Assembly (NCBI RefSeq): GCF_006345805.1
Contig: NC_043001.1
Coordinates: 133,920,001-133,984,000 of the forward strand
DNA from: Octopus sinensis
Lineage: Eukaryota
Reading direction: 5' to 3'
Length of the DNA: 64,000 nt
Both the position numbers and the translations under genes were made by a program. The notes beneath the pieces are model-generated. The model saw only the letters and a program-made list of their open reading frames with translations, was not told where the DNA came from and ran no database searches. Shown here in pieces: positions 53,101 to 63,120 of this stretch (position 1 is its first letter; every line of letters begins with the position of its first letter).

Positions 53101-54395
53101 GATTTGGACACAAAGGTGATGAGAGGAGGAGAGACAAGTGGGGTGAGAATGCCTGAGTGGAGGTGGTATGGGCTAAGTCAACTCAGAGGAGTCTAGGCCA
53201 TCATAGTAGGAGTTGAAAAGGCAGAGAGAAGAAATATAACAGTCTATGGCACATAGGCTGGAGTATGTTTGTGAACGACTTAATATCAATCAGTGGATAG
53301 TGGCCCAGGATGTCTATGAGTAGCAGCATTGTGCCAGACATGACAGAAATACTACATTGTAAGCTGCAACTGTGCTTTGTAGAGTATTCATTAATTATTG
53401 GAGGCTAGAGTAGCTTCTGGTCCTGAAGAGAAGGACCAGTCATTAGGACATAGTCCTAGATTTGTTAAGAATGCACTTTTACAAGGTGAGATTGTCAGTG
53501 ATAGTGAAAGGGCTGTAGCTGAGTTCTGCTTATTAAGAGGGTGTCAGACAACGATGTTTTCATAACATGAGTAGCATTTCTGTTTAGTTGCTGGATCTAG
53601 CTTTATGGACCCTTACTGGTGGTCATTGCGGTTAATAAGAGCAGTATAATGCAGTGATATATCATCATCATCATCATCGTTTAGCGTCCGTTTTCTGCGC
53701 TAGCACAGGTTGGACGGTTCGACCGGGGTCTGGGAAGCCAGGGCTGCACCAGGCTCCAGTCTGATCTGGCAGTGTTTCTACAGCTGGATGCCCTTCCTAA
53801 CGCCAACCACTCCGCGAGTGTAGTGGGTGCTTTTTACGTGCCACCTGCACAGGTGCCAGGGGGGTCTGCCATCGGCCACGATCGGTTGGTGCTTTTAACG
53901 TGCCACTGGCACGGAAGCCAGCCATGGCGGCGCTGGCATCGGCAATATTAAATGACAAACTGTGTGAGACACAGTTACCTCATGATGTAATGATTACACA
54001 ATATGATATGGTTACTCTGATAACTGTTCTATTGAAGACAATATAACACAGTTAACCAGAGGCTGCAGCACAAAAAAACAAGAAAAGATAACTCAAAACT
54101 AAAAGTAATTTTAAATTTTCTTCTGAAATTTCTGTGATAGTCCTTTTCTGAAATCAATACTAGACACAGACTTAGCTATGGGCTGAAGCATGGCTGTGTG
54201 GTTAAGATGGTTGCTTTGCAACCACTTAGTTCCAGGTAGAATTCCACTGCACAATACTGCAGTCCCGTAAATGTGTGGAGACCCATTATGCATCATACTC
54301 ATCATCATCATCATCATTTAATGTCCATCTTCCATGATGGTATGGGTTGGACATTGTATGTGTGTATGTATGTATGTATGCATGCATGCATGTAT

Positions 54396-54436
<41 letters not shown>

Positions 54437-55212
54437 TGTGTGAGTGAGTGAGTGTGATCTCACTATTTCTCTTCAAACAGAACTAAATAGGGGTATTGAC
54501 ATATATAATGTGTAAGTATGTCTTTCTCCAATATAAGTGAAGAATGCGGATGTAAACATTAACAAGAGCACTAATAAACCAGTGATTTCAAACAAAATTC
54601 TTGGTAATATGTTCTGTCCACAGACAATCTGCGCATTCTATTTCCTATCACTTTTACTATCGTGAATGTCATGAACCAATAGTTTAATTTTACAAACTGT
54701 GAAATAAAAAAAATATTTTAAAAAAAACAACAAAAAAAAAAACAAATTAAAACATGTGACCCAGTTGAAGGAATTTGAGAGACCTAGGGTGAGTATTTGA
54801 TGTTCAGTTATCAACACTGAATTGAACATGGAACTTACCACATAACAGTTCATTTTTGCCAAGTATGAAAACTAGATATACTAGATGAATTCAAATTCTT
54901 CAATCTGCTTGGCTTAAGAGAGTCGCTATGGTTTATTTAGAGATGCCAGTGATGTGAAGATGTTACATATTGGAGTCAAACAGCTCTTTCTCTTTTATTT
55001 CTCTTTTACTTGTTTCAGTCATTTGACTGCGGCCATGCTGGAGCACCACCTTCAGTCGAGCAACTCGACCCCAGGACTTATTCTTTTGTAAGCCCAGTAC
55101 TTATTCTATCGGTCTCTTTTGCCGAACCGCTAAGTAACGGGGACATAAACACACCAGCATCGGTTGTCAAGCAATGCTAGGGGGACAAACACAGACACAC
55201 AAACACACACAC

Positions 55213-55289
<77 letters not shown>

Positions 55290-56568
55290 GACGGGCTTCT
55301 TTCAGTTTCCGTCTACCAAATCCACTCACAATGCTTTGGTCGGCCCGAGGCTATAGTAGAAGACACTTGCCCAAGGTGCCACACAGTGGGACTGAACCCG
55401 GAACCATGTGGTTGGTAAACAAGCTACTTACCACACACCCACTCCTGCGCCTATAATTGGATCATTGGCTAGATCTGCTATTCCAACCCTTGTTTTGTCT
55501 TCTATTGTTTCCAAGAACTGTGAAAAGTTTATGCTCAAACTATTTTAGGGTTGTTTTTAATACTGCAAATACCAAAGGACTTTTCAGTGAACACATCTCA
55601 CTGTCAGATACAACAATAGATATAATCTGTCTTAAACCAACAATCTAATGAGAAGCAGTTCTAGTATTTCTTTAGATACTCCACATACTTAACATGTTTT
55701 CTCAGTTACCTTATTTACAACATTTATCTGATACCGACATAAGAACAGCCACTAATATTTTGTTGCCATTATTTATCTATCCTATTTCTTTATTACCCAC
55801 AAGGGGCTAAACACAGAGGGGACAAACAAGGACAGACATAGGTATTAAGTCGATTACATCGACCCCAGTGCGTAACTGGTACTTAATTTATCGACCCCGA
55901 AAGGATGAAAGGCAAAGTCGACCTCGGCGGAATTTGAACTCACAACGTAACGCAGACGAAATACCGCTACACATTTCGCCCGGCGTGCTAACGTTTCTGC
56001 CAGCTCGCTGCCTTGGCCAGCTCGCCACCTTGTGCCAGCTCGCCGCCTTAATTTATCTATCCTGTGTGTCTGTTCCTCACAGCCACATTAACCCTTTTGA
56101 TATCAACCTGCTGGAGACTGCCCCAAGTTCTATGGTCTAACTTATAGCTTGAAAGTGATCTAAATGAAAAACTTTCCATCAAAATTCCATGTCAGTTTAT
56201 GTTCCAAAGACCAAGTCAGTAATCAAATTCTTTCATTATATTAAAAATTAAGTGAAACAAAAACAGTGTATTTCAACAAAAATATGGTAACAAAAGTGTT
56301 AAACTATTCTTTGTGGAGTATGTTCCCATATCATCATCATCATCATTTAACATCCATTTTCCAAAGGTTATAATTTACAATATGATTTATATTGTCACCT
56401 GATGTTTCCCTTTACCATTGTCTTTAGTTCTTGCTGCCATGTTTATGGCGACTTATTTGTAACACTTCAGTATTTGATTGTTATTCTTATATTCTCCTTC
56501 AAACCTTGTTTTCTTATAGATAGAATTAATAGATTTATTATTATTATTATTGTTATTATTATTATTAA

Positions 56569-56599
<31 letters not shown>

Positions 56600-58138
56600 G
56601 AGTGAGAGAGCAGTGCATGCCATCAAAGTGACACTGGGGTAAAATATACGAAGCCCAATATACCCATCATGACAACCCATCTGATAAGGGTACACTAGGC
56701 ACATGCATCACAACCATATGTGCGCGACATGGTGATCTCATATCAAGATAAACAGCACATGACCTTGCAGGTGGGGCCCAGTTAGAATTTTCTTCAGGTC
56801 GAGTAACCCATCCCACTCGAAAGGTCCCTGAATAAGGGTTGTTTAAGGATGTTGAACGAAACACCCATGTTTCCAGAGGTGAATTATTCAAACCCCAAAG
56901 AATCCCTCTCAACACACGGCTATGATGCTCCCCCACTACTTCTGCTCGTGATCAGAGATGCACATATCGTCAGCCACTAAAGGACAGGTTATTATTATTA
57001 TTATTATATTATTATTATTATTGTTATTATTATTATTAGCAGCAGCAGCAGCAGTAGTAGTAGAGAGAATTTTTCAATTAGCTTCTATCTTCCTGTTTCC
57101 ATATCAAATGAAATTGTTGTACTCCATTCCTTACAAAGTCACCATCAAAATTACTACTACAAGCAACAATAAAGAACTGTTATACATGGGGAACATGTAC
57201 ATACCTTTGTATCTAAGATGCTCATTATTTTATCTTTGGCCACTTTGACATCATTTTGCATCCCAATTACCTTAATGTGAGGATCTAGAAAGAGAAACAA
57301 AGAGACAATGCAATTACATATAATGTATCATAGAATAAATATAAACGTGTAAATTTGTTTTATCAAACTGACAGTTGGACTGCTATAATACAATAGCATA
57401 CCCATGCTGACAATAATGAAAGCAAATATGTTTATTGTATTTAAATGTATTGAAAATGAAGCTACAACATGAAAAAACTAAATTTAATTTTAAAGATAGA
57501 TAGTTATAAGCTGTAATAGATTTTGTGCTGCATAATCTTGGTGAAGAGAAAAAAAAATCATTTTTCAGTTCAATATTTACTTTAACAGTTTACAAACATA
57601 TTAAGTGAGTGAAATTGTATAGCAGTTTAGTCATGAGGTCAATTGAATAGCTAGAAATAACAGCCAATATCCCTCAAAATACACCTTACTATCTTAAAAA
57701 ACACTGTCCAAGATACACTATAGTGCAAGACAAAATAGAGTGATTCAATCAAGTCTCAATCAGGCCCAACCTAGGGTTAAACAACAACAGTTATTTTTAA
57801 TACTGGTTTCAAATTTTGGCACATGGCCAGCAATTTCAGAAGGGGGAAGTCAATTACATCAAACCCAGTGCTTAACTGGTACTTATTTTATCAACTATGA
57901 AAGGATGTAAGGCAAAGTCAAACTTTACAGAGTTTGAACTCAGAATGTAAAGGCAGATGAAATGCTAAGCATTTATAGTCTGGTACAGTAATGATTCCGT
58001 CAGCTCATCACCTTAACTATTTTTATTATTTGAATGTAAATGATATTAGATATTAAAATGATAAATACCTTTTTTAGATTTGGCTCCAATCTTCAGTTTT
58101 GATGGCCACGTAACTTCTGTATTAGTTTCTTTCATAAT
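8685..58138 (-). CDS. BicC: Bicaudal-C homolog (KH + SAM RNA-binding translational regulator), 19 coding exons, 5' end not found in window
   Basis: Hand-spliced exons give one continuous frame with BICC1 hallmarks: [86 protein letters not shown]...[11 protein letters not shown], terminal SGRW*. All introns are GT-AG with compatible phases. Confidence 0.97.
8871..9176 (-). mobile_element. Non-autonomous Helitron, copy 1
   Basis: Minus strand A|TCTTTATATATAAA ... hairpin cccgagcaacgccggg ... CTAG|T; no TSD. Confidence 0.9.
9530..9910 (+). mobile_element. SINE family B (tRNA-derived, internal (TG)n(TA)n, (GTAAAAGA) tail)
   Basis: A box gtggctgtgtggt, B box ggttcagtccc; many copies in window. 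Confidence 0.9.
10178..10560 (+). mobile_element. SINE family D (tRNA-derived head)
   Basis: ggaggcgcaatggcccagtggttagggcagcggactcgcggt...ggtttcgaatccc; near-identical inverted copy at 32853-33236. Confidence 0.9.
10649..10748 (-). CDS. BicC: BicC exon, SAM C-half: [33 protein letters not shown]
   Basis: atttttcag acceptor, gtgagt donor, 100 nt, phase 0-1. Confidence 0.96.
10955..11389 (+). mobile_element. RTE-type LINE fragment with Cys-rich PHD-like finger, frameshifted and internally deleted
   Basis: [29 protein letters not shown]...CGRC, then after a frameshift [36 protein letters not shown]; ends ggaaaacggacgttaaacgatgatgat. Confidence 0.88.
13296..13654 (+). mobile_element. Helentron/DINE-1-like non-autonomous element
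   Basis: 5' acctccacctt..aaggcggaggt inverted pair, (GTTT)n tract, 3' subTIR ccttggtggaggt, then short stem-loop gtgctctctgggtgt and TT. Confidence 0.75.
14192..14337 (-). CDS. BicC: BicC exon, SAM N-half: ...[23 protein letters not shown]
   Basis: atttttcag acceptor, gtaatg donor, 146 nt, phase 1-0. Confidence 0.96.
14418..14646 (+). mobile_element. SINE family C
   Basis: Full copy ggcggcgagctggcagaaacg...aaagaaa, flanked by repeated atatacaaaaa. Confidence 0.9.
15309..15718 (-). mobile_element. SINE family B
   Basis: Full reverse-complement copy. Confidence 0.9.
15933..16047 (-). CDS. BicC: BicC exon: [38 protein letters not shown]
   Basis: cttttcatag acceptor, gtaagt donor, 115 nt, phase 0-1; supplies the phase change needed between its neighbours. 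Confidence 0.8.
16129..16347. mobile_element. piggyBac-type MITE, second family
   Basis: TTAA|ccctttagt ... actaaaggg|TTAA; decayed relatives at about 24141-24357 and 29140-29530. Confidence 0.85.
16979..17208 (+). mobile_element. SINE family C inserted in an older antisense family C copy
   Basis: 17-bp TSD aggtattgtatctgatg (16962-16978, 17209-17225). Confidence 0.9.
18166..18323 (-). CDS. BicC: BicC exon: (A)[28 protein letters not shown]...PPYQ
   Basis: tttttattag acceptor, gtaagt donor, 158 nt, phase 1-0; conserved BicC box. Confidence 0.95.
18680..19010 (+). mobile_element. CR1/L2-type LINE 3' end, decayed
   Basis: [38 protein letters not shown] resembles the TRGH..KL...RKHFF..RV...WN.LP..VV C-terminal motif. 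Confidence 0.65.
19798..19997 (-). mobile_element. ~200-bp Penelope-type element with minimal hammerhead motif, copy 1
   Basis: Minus strand gttt-CTGACGA-a-gagc-tcc-gttc-GAAA-cgt-t-aaac at 19891-19925; homologous copies at 34317 and 48861; abuts (TA)n. Confidence 0.7.
20671..21085 (+). mobile_element. SINE family B
   Basis: Full copy. Confidence 0.9.
21268..21440 (-). CDS. BicC: BicC exon: (H)[25 protein letters not shown]...[11 protein letters not shown]
   Basis: atttcag acceptor, gtaaag donor, 173 nt, phase 2-1; APGSER and DYE..KLLATK are conserved in BICC1. Confidence 0.93.
22055..22590. repeat. Inverted pair of Penelope-type terminal-repeat fragments around (ATT)n and a tRNA-like head
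   Basis: About 22060-22170 is the diverged reverse complement of about 22441-22555; both arms carry a degenerate CTGAnGA..GAAA core. Confidence 0.7.
23615..23756 (-). CDS. BicC: BicC linker exon: (T)[46 protein letters not shown]
   Basis: ctattccag acceptor, gtaagt donor, 142 nt, phase 1-2 as required by the next exon. Confidence 0.8.
25282..25344 (-). CDS. BicC: BicC linker exon: (G)[20 protein letters not shown]
   Basis: cttctctttgaag acceptor, gtaagc donor, 63 nt, phase 1-1; no homology support. Confidence 0.6.
26105..26312 (-). mobile_element. Short variant of SINE family B
   Basis: Near-identical to the reverse complement of 61136-61349. Confidence 0.8.
26333..26518 (-). CDS. BicC: BicC linker exon: (I)[19 protein letters not shown]...STNTDQ (alternative in-frame acceptor at 26503)
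   Basis: tttccag acceptor, gtaaac donor, 186 nt open, phase 1-1. Confidence 0.75.
27231..27613 (-). mobile_element. Non-autonomous Helitron, copy 2
   Basis: Same A|TC...hairpin...CTAG|T termini; internal ~100-bp unit present twice. Confidence 0.9.
27869..28282 (-). mobile_element. SINE family B, splitting a piggyBac MITE
   Basis: Full reverse copy; its flanks join into sequence homologous to 56088-56302. Confidence 0.88.
28820..28921 (-). CDS. BicC: BicC linker exon: (G)[33 protein letters not shown]
   Basis: tctctgaag acceptor, gtaagt donor, 102 nt, phase 1-1; low-complexity linker, supported by phase and composition only. Confidence 0.75.
29601..29775 (-). CDS. BicC: BicC exon: [24 protein letters not shown]...MLGLSSL
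   Basis: gagcag acceptor, gtaagt donor, 175 nt, phase 0-1. Confidence 0.93.
29904..30316 (-). mobile_element. SINE family B
   Basis: Reverse copy. Confidence 0.9.
31226..31299 (-). CDS. BicC: BicC exon: (A)[24 protein letters not shown]
   Basis: attacag acceptor, gtaaat donor, 74 nt, phase 1-0. Confidence 0.95.
32160..32416. mobile_element. hAT/Charlie-type MITE
   Basis: TIRs tagtggttctcaac / gttgagaaccactg; partial relative at about 62680-62823. Confidence 0.75.
32655..32712 (-). CDS. BicC: BicC exon: [19 protein letters not shown]
   Basis: cttgttag acceptor, gtaagt donor, 58 nt, phase 0-1. Confidence 0.95.
32853..33236 (-). mobile_element. SINE family D
   Basis: Reverse complement of 10178-10560. 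Confidence 0.9.
33950..34287 (-). mobile_element. SINE family E (tRNA-derived)
   Basis: Head and core homologous to 47206-47540 (gtgttcttgagcaag.cactttatt..cattgctccagttcactcagctg). Confidence 0.75.
34317..34523 (+). mobile_element. ~200-bp Penelope-type hammerhead element, copy 2
   Basis: gttt-CCGACGA-a-gagc-tcc-gttc-GAAA-cgt-t-aaac at 34388-34422; (TA)n on both sides. Confidence 0.7.
35716..35905 (+). mobile_element. Related Penelope-type element with degenerate hammerhead motif
   Basis: tcttt-CTGCAGA-a-gagc-atag-gctc-GAAA-tgt-a-aaaga at 35777-35814; followed by (TA)n. Confidence 0.6.
39801..40199 (-). mobile_element. Non-autonomous Helitron, copy 3
   Basis: A|TC...hairpin...CTAG|T; internal unit duplicated. 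Confidence 0.9.
40990..41202 (-). CDS. BicC: BicC exon, KH domain: [36 protein letters not shown]...QARQQLI
   Basis: ctcctttag acceptor, gtgagt donor, 213 nt, phase 0-0; overlaps ORF 40888..41184. Confidence 0.94.
41337..41640 (-). mobile_element. SINE with family D-like head and different 3' body
   Basis: Minus strand gtggaggcacatggcctagtggttagagcagcg...; shares ccacaactttctctcactct with family D. Confidence 0.75.
41985..43665. repeat. 34-bp minisatellite, about 1.7 kb, two unit variants
   Basis: aaagttagacctccaacatgacttattaaccatc and atacttagccctcctacatgacacattagccatc; degenerate toward the left end. Confidence 0.97.
43702..43935 (-). CDS. BicC: BicC exon, KH-like: [11 protein letters not shown]...[11 protein letters not shown]
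   Basis: ttgcag acceptor, gtgagt donor, 234 nt, phase 0-0; inside ORF 43672..43959. Confidence 0.93.
44455..44895. repeat. 28-bp minisatellite
   Basis: aggtgacatttgtccatataaaggtgac in about 15 copies; explains the periodic ORFs at 44403-44809. Confidence 0.97.
45047..45100 (-). CDS. BicC: BicC exon: [18 protein letters not shown]
   Basis: ccttcag acceptor, gtaatg donor, 54 nt, phase 0-0. Confidence 0.95.
45997..46560 (-). mobile_element. SINE family A interrupted by a family C SINE
   Basis: (CAT)n end at left; host sequence resumes after the ggttttacg duplication. Confidence 0.85.
46230..46446 (+). mobile_element. SINE family C, nested
   Basis: 9-bp TSD ggttttacg (46221-46229, 46447-46455). 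Confidence 0.9.
47206..47540 (+). mobile_element. SINE family E
   Basis: tggctcagtggttagagcg...gagttcgaatccc A/B boxes; homolog at 52545-52860. Confidence 0.88.
47541..48012. repeat. Compound (TA)n microsatellite with longer-period substructure
   Basis: Recurring atatacatatagatatattt units. Confidence 0.95.
48861..49069 (-). mobile_element. ~200-bp Penelope-type hammerhead element, copy 3
   Basis: Minus strand gttt-CTGACGA-a-gagc-tcc-actc-GAAA-cat-t-aaac at 48962-48996; (TA)n flanks. Confidence 0.7.
49610..49993 (+). mobile_element. SINE family B, preceded by a family A copy at about 49384-49587
   Basis: Family consensus. Confidence 0.85.
51097..51405 (-). mobile_element. SINE family B with internal deletion
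   Basis: cacaaggc is joined directly to aaccatgtgg. Confidence 0.88.
52140..52301 (-). CDS. BicC: BicC exon, KH domain with canonical GKGG loop: [54 protein letters not shown]
   Basis: ctccag acceptor, gtgagt donor, 162 nt, phase 0-0. Confidence 0.97.
52545..52860 (+). mobile_element. SINE family E, diverged
   Basis: Homologous to 47206-47540. Confidence 0.8.
53661..53943 (-). mobile_element. SINE family A
   Basis: Family consensus, (CAT)n end. Confidence 0.88.
54985..55452 (-). mobile_element. SINE family B
   Basis: Full reverse copy. Confidence 0.9.
55783..56047 (-). mobile_element. SINE family C with triplicated 5' end
   Basis: gccagctcgc(t/c)(g/a)cctt repeated three times at 55999-56049. 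Confidence 0.88.
56599..56988 (-). mobile_element. Interspersed retroposon-like repeat between (ATT)n tracts, family unassigned
   Basis: GC-richer 390-bp block bounded by (ATT)n on both sides; single copy in window. Confidence 0.5.
57205..57284 (-). CDS. BicC: BicC exon: (D)[26 protein letters not shown]
   Basis: tttctag acceptor, gtatgt donor, 80 nt, phase 1-0. Confidence 0.95.
58069..58138 (-). CDS. BicC: BicC exon: [23 protein letters not shown](D)
   Basis: ttctctgttcag acceptor, gtattt donor, 70 nt, phase 0-1; matches BICC1 N-terminal KH-like region. Confidence 0.95.
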
Positions 58139-58276
58139 CTGAACAGAGAAATAAATAAATTAAATAATATACATAAATACTAAAACACATGCGTATATAC
58201 AATTGGCAATGAGTAAAGAGTATGGGAGAGCTAGGAAAGCCAAAGTAAGTCCCGTGTGGAGGAATACTAAATGCCT

Positions 58277-58466
58277 CATCATCATCATCATCATCATCAT
58301 TTAGCGTCCGCTTTCCATGCTAGCATGGGTTGGACGGTTCAACTGGGGTCTGTGAAGCTGGAAGGCTTCATCAGGCCCAGTCAGATCTGGCAGTGTTTCT
58401 ACGGCTGGATGCCCTTCCTAACGCCAACCACTCTGTGAGTGTAGTGGGTGCTTTTTACGTGCCACC
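58277..58466 (-). mobile_element. SINE family A, truncated
   Basis: Family consensus; tgcc(a/t)cctcat-like sequence at both ends. Confidence 0.85.
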
Positions 58467-58607
58467 TCATAGTTGGTAAATAGGAACTGTCTGTATTTCA
58501 AGTATAAAATTAAGATTATGATGATGATTGTATAGAATAATGACCAGGGGTTGAGACTCATAGTCATTAAATTATTGTTAAGCCTCTAGTGAATCACAGA
58601 CTCCAGA

Positions 58608-59185
58608 ACAGTGATGCAAAAGTGGATTAAAGTAGTACTGGATTAATGAAAAGAAGATTATTGCAGCAGTGGATTAATGAAGAAATGGATTATTGCAGCA
58701 TTGGATTAATGAAGAAATGGATTATTGCAACATTGGATAGATGAAGAAATGGATTATTGCTGCAGTGGATTAATTGTGATGTAAAGTAGATTAATAAAAC
58801 GGTGATGCAAAGTGGATTAATGAAGCAGTGAATTAATGGTGATATAAACTGGATTTATGATGCAGCAGATTAATATTGATGTAAGGCGTATAAATGAAGC
58901 AGTGGATTAATAGCAATATAACATGGATTAAAGTAGCACTGGATTAACGAAGAAGTGGATTAATGTGGCAGTGGATGAATTGTGATATAAAGTAGATTAA
59001 TAAAACAGTGATGGAAAGTGGATTAATTAAGTAGTGAATTAAAAGTGATATAAAATGGATTAATGATGCAATAGATTAACAGTGATGTAAAGTGGATGAA
59101 TGAATCAGTGGATTAATAGCAATATAAAGTGGATTAAAAAAAACACTGATATAAAATGGATTAATGAATAATGCATTAATGAATA
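58608..59185. repeat. Degenerate ~15-20-bp tandem repeat (gtggattaatgaagca)
   Basis: Recurrent tggattaat core over about 570 bp. Confidence 0.85.
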
Positions 59186-61135
59186 ATTAATATTAGAGAT
59201 ATAGAGTAATTTTTGTAGTAATGGAATAATAAAGCATTGAAGTAGGTCTAGTCAGAGGTCGAGGGGCAGTGTTCAAGACTATTTTCAGGTTCTTCAAGAT
59301 TAATGGGAGCAAGGGAGCTAATTTCTCTTAGATTTGAAACCTGATCTGAATGCCTGTAACTGAGTGAACCCCACTAATAGCACTTGATGACCAGGTACTG
59401 CTCTACCTTCCCCAACACAAAAATATCCCTTCTACCTTCCCCAATACAAAAGTACCTTCCCCAACACAAAAATATCCCTTCTACAAGTTTTTAAATAGTT
59501 TTCATCAACTGAATTTCATTTACAAAATGAAAGCACTTGTTCAATGTGTCACAAAGTGAGATTGAACCTCAATTCAAATAGTTGTAAATTGAATGCAGTG
59601 CTGAAAGGAGAAGAATTTTTATTTGTGTGTGTGTGTGTTGTGTGTGTGTGTTTGTGTGTGTGTGGGTGGGGAGAGAAAGAGATTTAACTGACTTTGTATC
59701 AAGCACTGGCACAAATCAGAATGGTGTCAGGAAGATACTTACAGAAATGGTTAAATTTAGTAGCTTGTGACAAAATGAGAAGTCACATTCAAAATGAAAT
59801 TAATAAAAATTACTCTTGTAAGTATTACTCCTCACCTATTTGTGAAACATATTAAATAATTAGAAGACAAGCACGATTAATATCAATTTCCTAGAACAGT
59901 ATTTTCAAGATTTATCAGATGTGGAAGCTAAATTCAAAGCTCTGCAAGTGGTTAACTGTTTTTTTCTTTTGTAATTTTGAATTGAGCAACTCTATCTTCA
60001 GAATTCATTTGTATATCTGCTAGATACAGAAAACAATTACATTTGACTAAATATCTCTCAAATTAGAGCTTGAACTTATAAAAAAAAGAGAGAAAGGAAA
60101 AGGGATGATAAAAATGTTTTACATAGAATCAGTTGACATTTCATCTGACATCTCTAGGAAAGGAGTCCCATTTGTTAGGTTCTCTTATACCAGAAGATAA
60201 TTAGAGGGGAAAGTTTCAGGCAAGTTTTCCTTCACCATTTTCATGTCTACGCAAGAAGATAGGTTATGTTTCGCAATAGGGATGTTAAAGCAGCAAGTGG
60301 AGAGAATTAGTTTTGAAACCTAATCCAGAACTTTCAGCAGCCTCTCTAATAGCTTCAGAATAATTTCTTCTCATCTATTCAACTTTATACAAAGTGACTT
60401 GCTGAGCTGGAGTGTAAGTAATTGTGGGTTTAGTTAATACATGCCATATTGAAGATGTTAACATAGATAAACTCTTCCCTCCATTTTGAAATAAGATATC
60501 GCTGACTAAACAAGGACCATTTACAACTAAAGAATATATTTATGAAAGGAAAATAATAATAATAATCTAACTAATTAATTGAATAGAATTAACGAGTAAA
60601 AAGTTTAAATTATTTTTGTCTTCTTTCTGTGTAAAATATTAGATTTTAAATGTTTAAAATCATCTTGTAAAATGATAAAATATAAAATATTTGATTGATA
60701 AAGATTACTGAGAAAGGAGGAAAGCAGAATATGGTGATGATGGCAAAAATATAGGGGTTGTGGGGGAAGTCTTTATAGGGAAAGGGATTGTTATAGTTAT
60801 GGTAATAGCTATGATGATGATGGTTATGACAATGCTGGTGATGATGATTTCCTGTGGTAGAAATATAACCAATTTAATTGGTGTATGGGAATAATTACAT
60901 GGAAGAAATACAAGATGAAATTAATCTATTTCACACAGACACACACACATGTGTATGTATCCACACATTATATATAAAAATGTACATATATGTGCACACA
61001 CACATGATTATGTATCCACACATTATATATAAGAATGTATATATATGCACACACACACATGATTATGTATCCACACATTATATATAAGAATGTGTGTGTG
61101 TGTGTGTGTGTGTGTATAATTATACATATACAGGT

Positions 61136-61349
61136 AGGCGCAGGCATGGCTGTGTGGTTAGGGAGCTTGCCTCCTAGCTACATGGTTTTGGGTTCAGTCC
61201 CACTGCGTGGCACTTTGGGTAGGTGTCTTCCACTATAGCCCCGAGTCGACCGGAGCTTTGTGATCGAATTCGGTAGGTGGAAGTTACTGCCGTGTGTGTA
61301 TGTGTGCGTATAGCTGCTCAGTGCCTCTCCGAAAGAGAGAGAGAGAGGA
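61136..61349 (+). mobile_element. Short variant of SINE family B
   Basis: Near-identical to the reverse complement of 26105-26312. Confidence 0.8.
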
Positions 61350-62061
61350 GGTTGGTGCAAAAGTAGGTATACAGTTATGAAAAAAGAAAACACGTATAAT
61401 ACTTATTTTTATCAAAAAAATTAAAAGTATCATTATAGGTATGATAAATGTATTATCATGATTAATGACACTGAAAATAAAAACAATGATGCTAACTAAT
61501 TAAATGTGCTAATAAATTTAATGAATTAAGTATTATAGCATTGATGTAATATTTACTGTATACCTACTTTTGCACCCCATTACAACTGACACCCTATTAT
61601 GATGACAAAGGTTCTAATTGATCCGATCAATAGAACAGCCTGCTCCTGCAATTAACGTGCATGTAGCTGAGTACTTCACAGACACATGCATCCTTAAAGT
61701 AGTTCTCAGGGAGATTCAGTATGACAGAGTGTGACAGGCTGGCCTTTTGAAATACAGGTACTACTCATTTTGCTAGCTGAGTGGATGGAGTGATGTGAAA
61801 TAAAGTGTCTTGCTCAAGGACACAACGCATCACCGAGAATTGAACTTGCAACCTTGCGACTGTGAGCTGAATAGCCTAACCACTAAGCCATGTGTTTTTA
61901 CTGTGTGTATAATTATATATACAGCAGATAGGTGTGAAATGTTTGTATAGATATGTGCATCTGTGTTTTTGTTTGCACTTCTCTGTGTGCGTGTATGTAT
62001 GTGAAAAGGTGTAATGTTTGAAGGAATTCAATGAAAATATTTTAAGAGATTTTAGTATATA

Positions 62062-62349
62062 CCAGCAGTATCGCCCGGCGTTGCTCGGGTTTGTAAGGGA
62101 AATAACTATATAAGCATTTTTAGAGAGTTATAGCCAAAAAATAGCAAAAAAATGTAAAAAAATTATGGTAAATTTTTTTTTAAATCGTAGACTCATCGTA
62201 GACACGCGCTAATACCCAGAAGGGCTCGATATGAATCACGACTATAAGATACCCGGTTTTGGTTAAACTGCACCGCAAAATGTGGGAGTAGTTAGGAATC
62301 TAAATCGTAGGAGACAGACAGCACACAACCTCACTTTTATATATAAAGA
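62062..62349 (-). mobile_element. Non-autonomous Helitron, copy 4
   Basis: A|TC...hairpin...CTGG|T. Confidence 0.88.
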
Positions 62350-62994
62350 TTACAGTATTCACTGGGTAATATTGCAAACTACTGCTCTCTTTTAGTCGCT
62401 CCTTACAACACACAACCATATAGTATACTTATTGTACTTAGGGATTCAATAGTGATTGATAAATAAGTACTGGTGTCTATATAATTAACAAAATATCCTT
62501 GAAGGCGGTGCCCCAGTATGGCTGTAGTCCATCCTCGTGGCATCTCGGTTTGTTGCAATTCAGGGAAGAGTGAACAGAATAATAAACTTTTACTAAGACT
62601 CAGGTTGAACTCATATCCTCTTGAATCAATCACTGAATAATTTGATCCCTTGGCTTCTCAACTATTTAAAAGTATTTTAATTATTTTTTTATACCAATTC
62701 TTAATAATATTTAATTATAAAAATATAATAGGATTTTTTAAAACATCAAATAATTATGAGGGTCAACATGAGTAAAATAGAAATCAAATGGGTAAGTAGG
62801 TAAAAAATGGTTAAGAAACACTGCCAAAGGTGACTGATACTTTATTGACCTTGGAAAGACAAAAGGCAAAGCCGACTTCAGTGGAATTTGAACTCAAAGG
62901 AAATCAGAACAAATATTCCAAACTGTTTTATTCAACACTAATAATTGCTGATATGTTGCCATGTATATAGATAGAAAGCTAGACAGACAGACAG

Positions 62995-63043
<49 letters not shown>

Positions 63044-63076
63044 GTGTGTGTGTATATATATATACACACATGTATG

Positions 63077-63116
<40 letters not shown>

Positions 63117-63120
63117 AATA

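Noticed and set aside
52900-53640. Purine-rich non-repetitive blocks as possible exons (also about 23250-24720, 30330-30900, 31680-32150, 60100-60470)
   Set aside because: No sustained open frame; they look like heavily decayed LINE remnants that I cannot assign confidently.
56925-56945. gtagtggggga similarity to the U1 snRNA 3' region
   Set aside because: Only an 11-nt match; no Sm site or other U1 elements.
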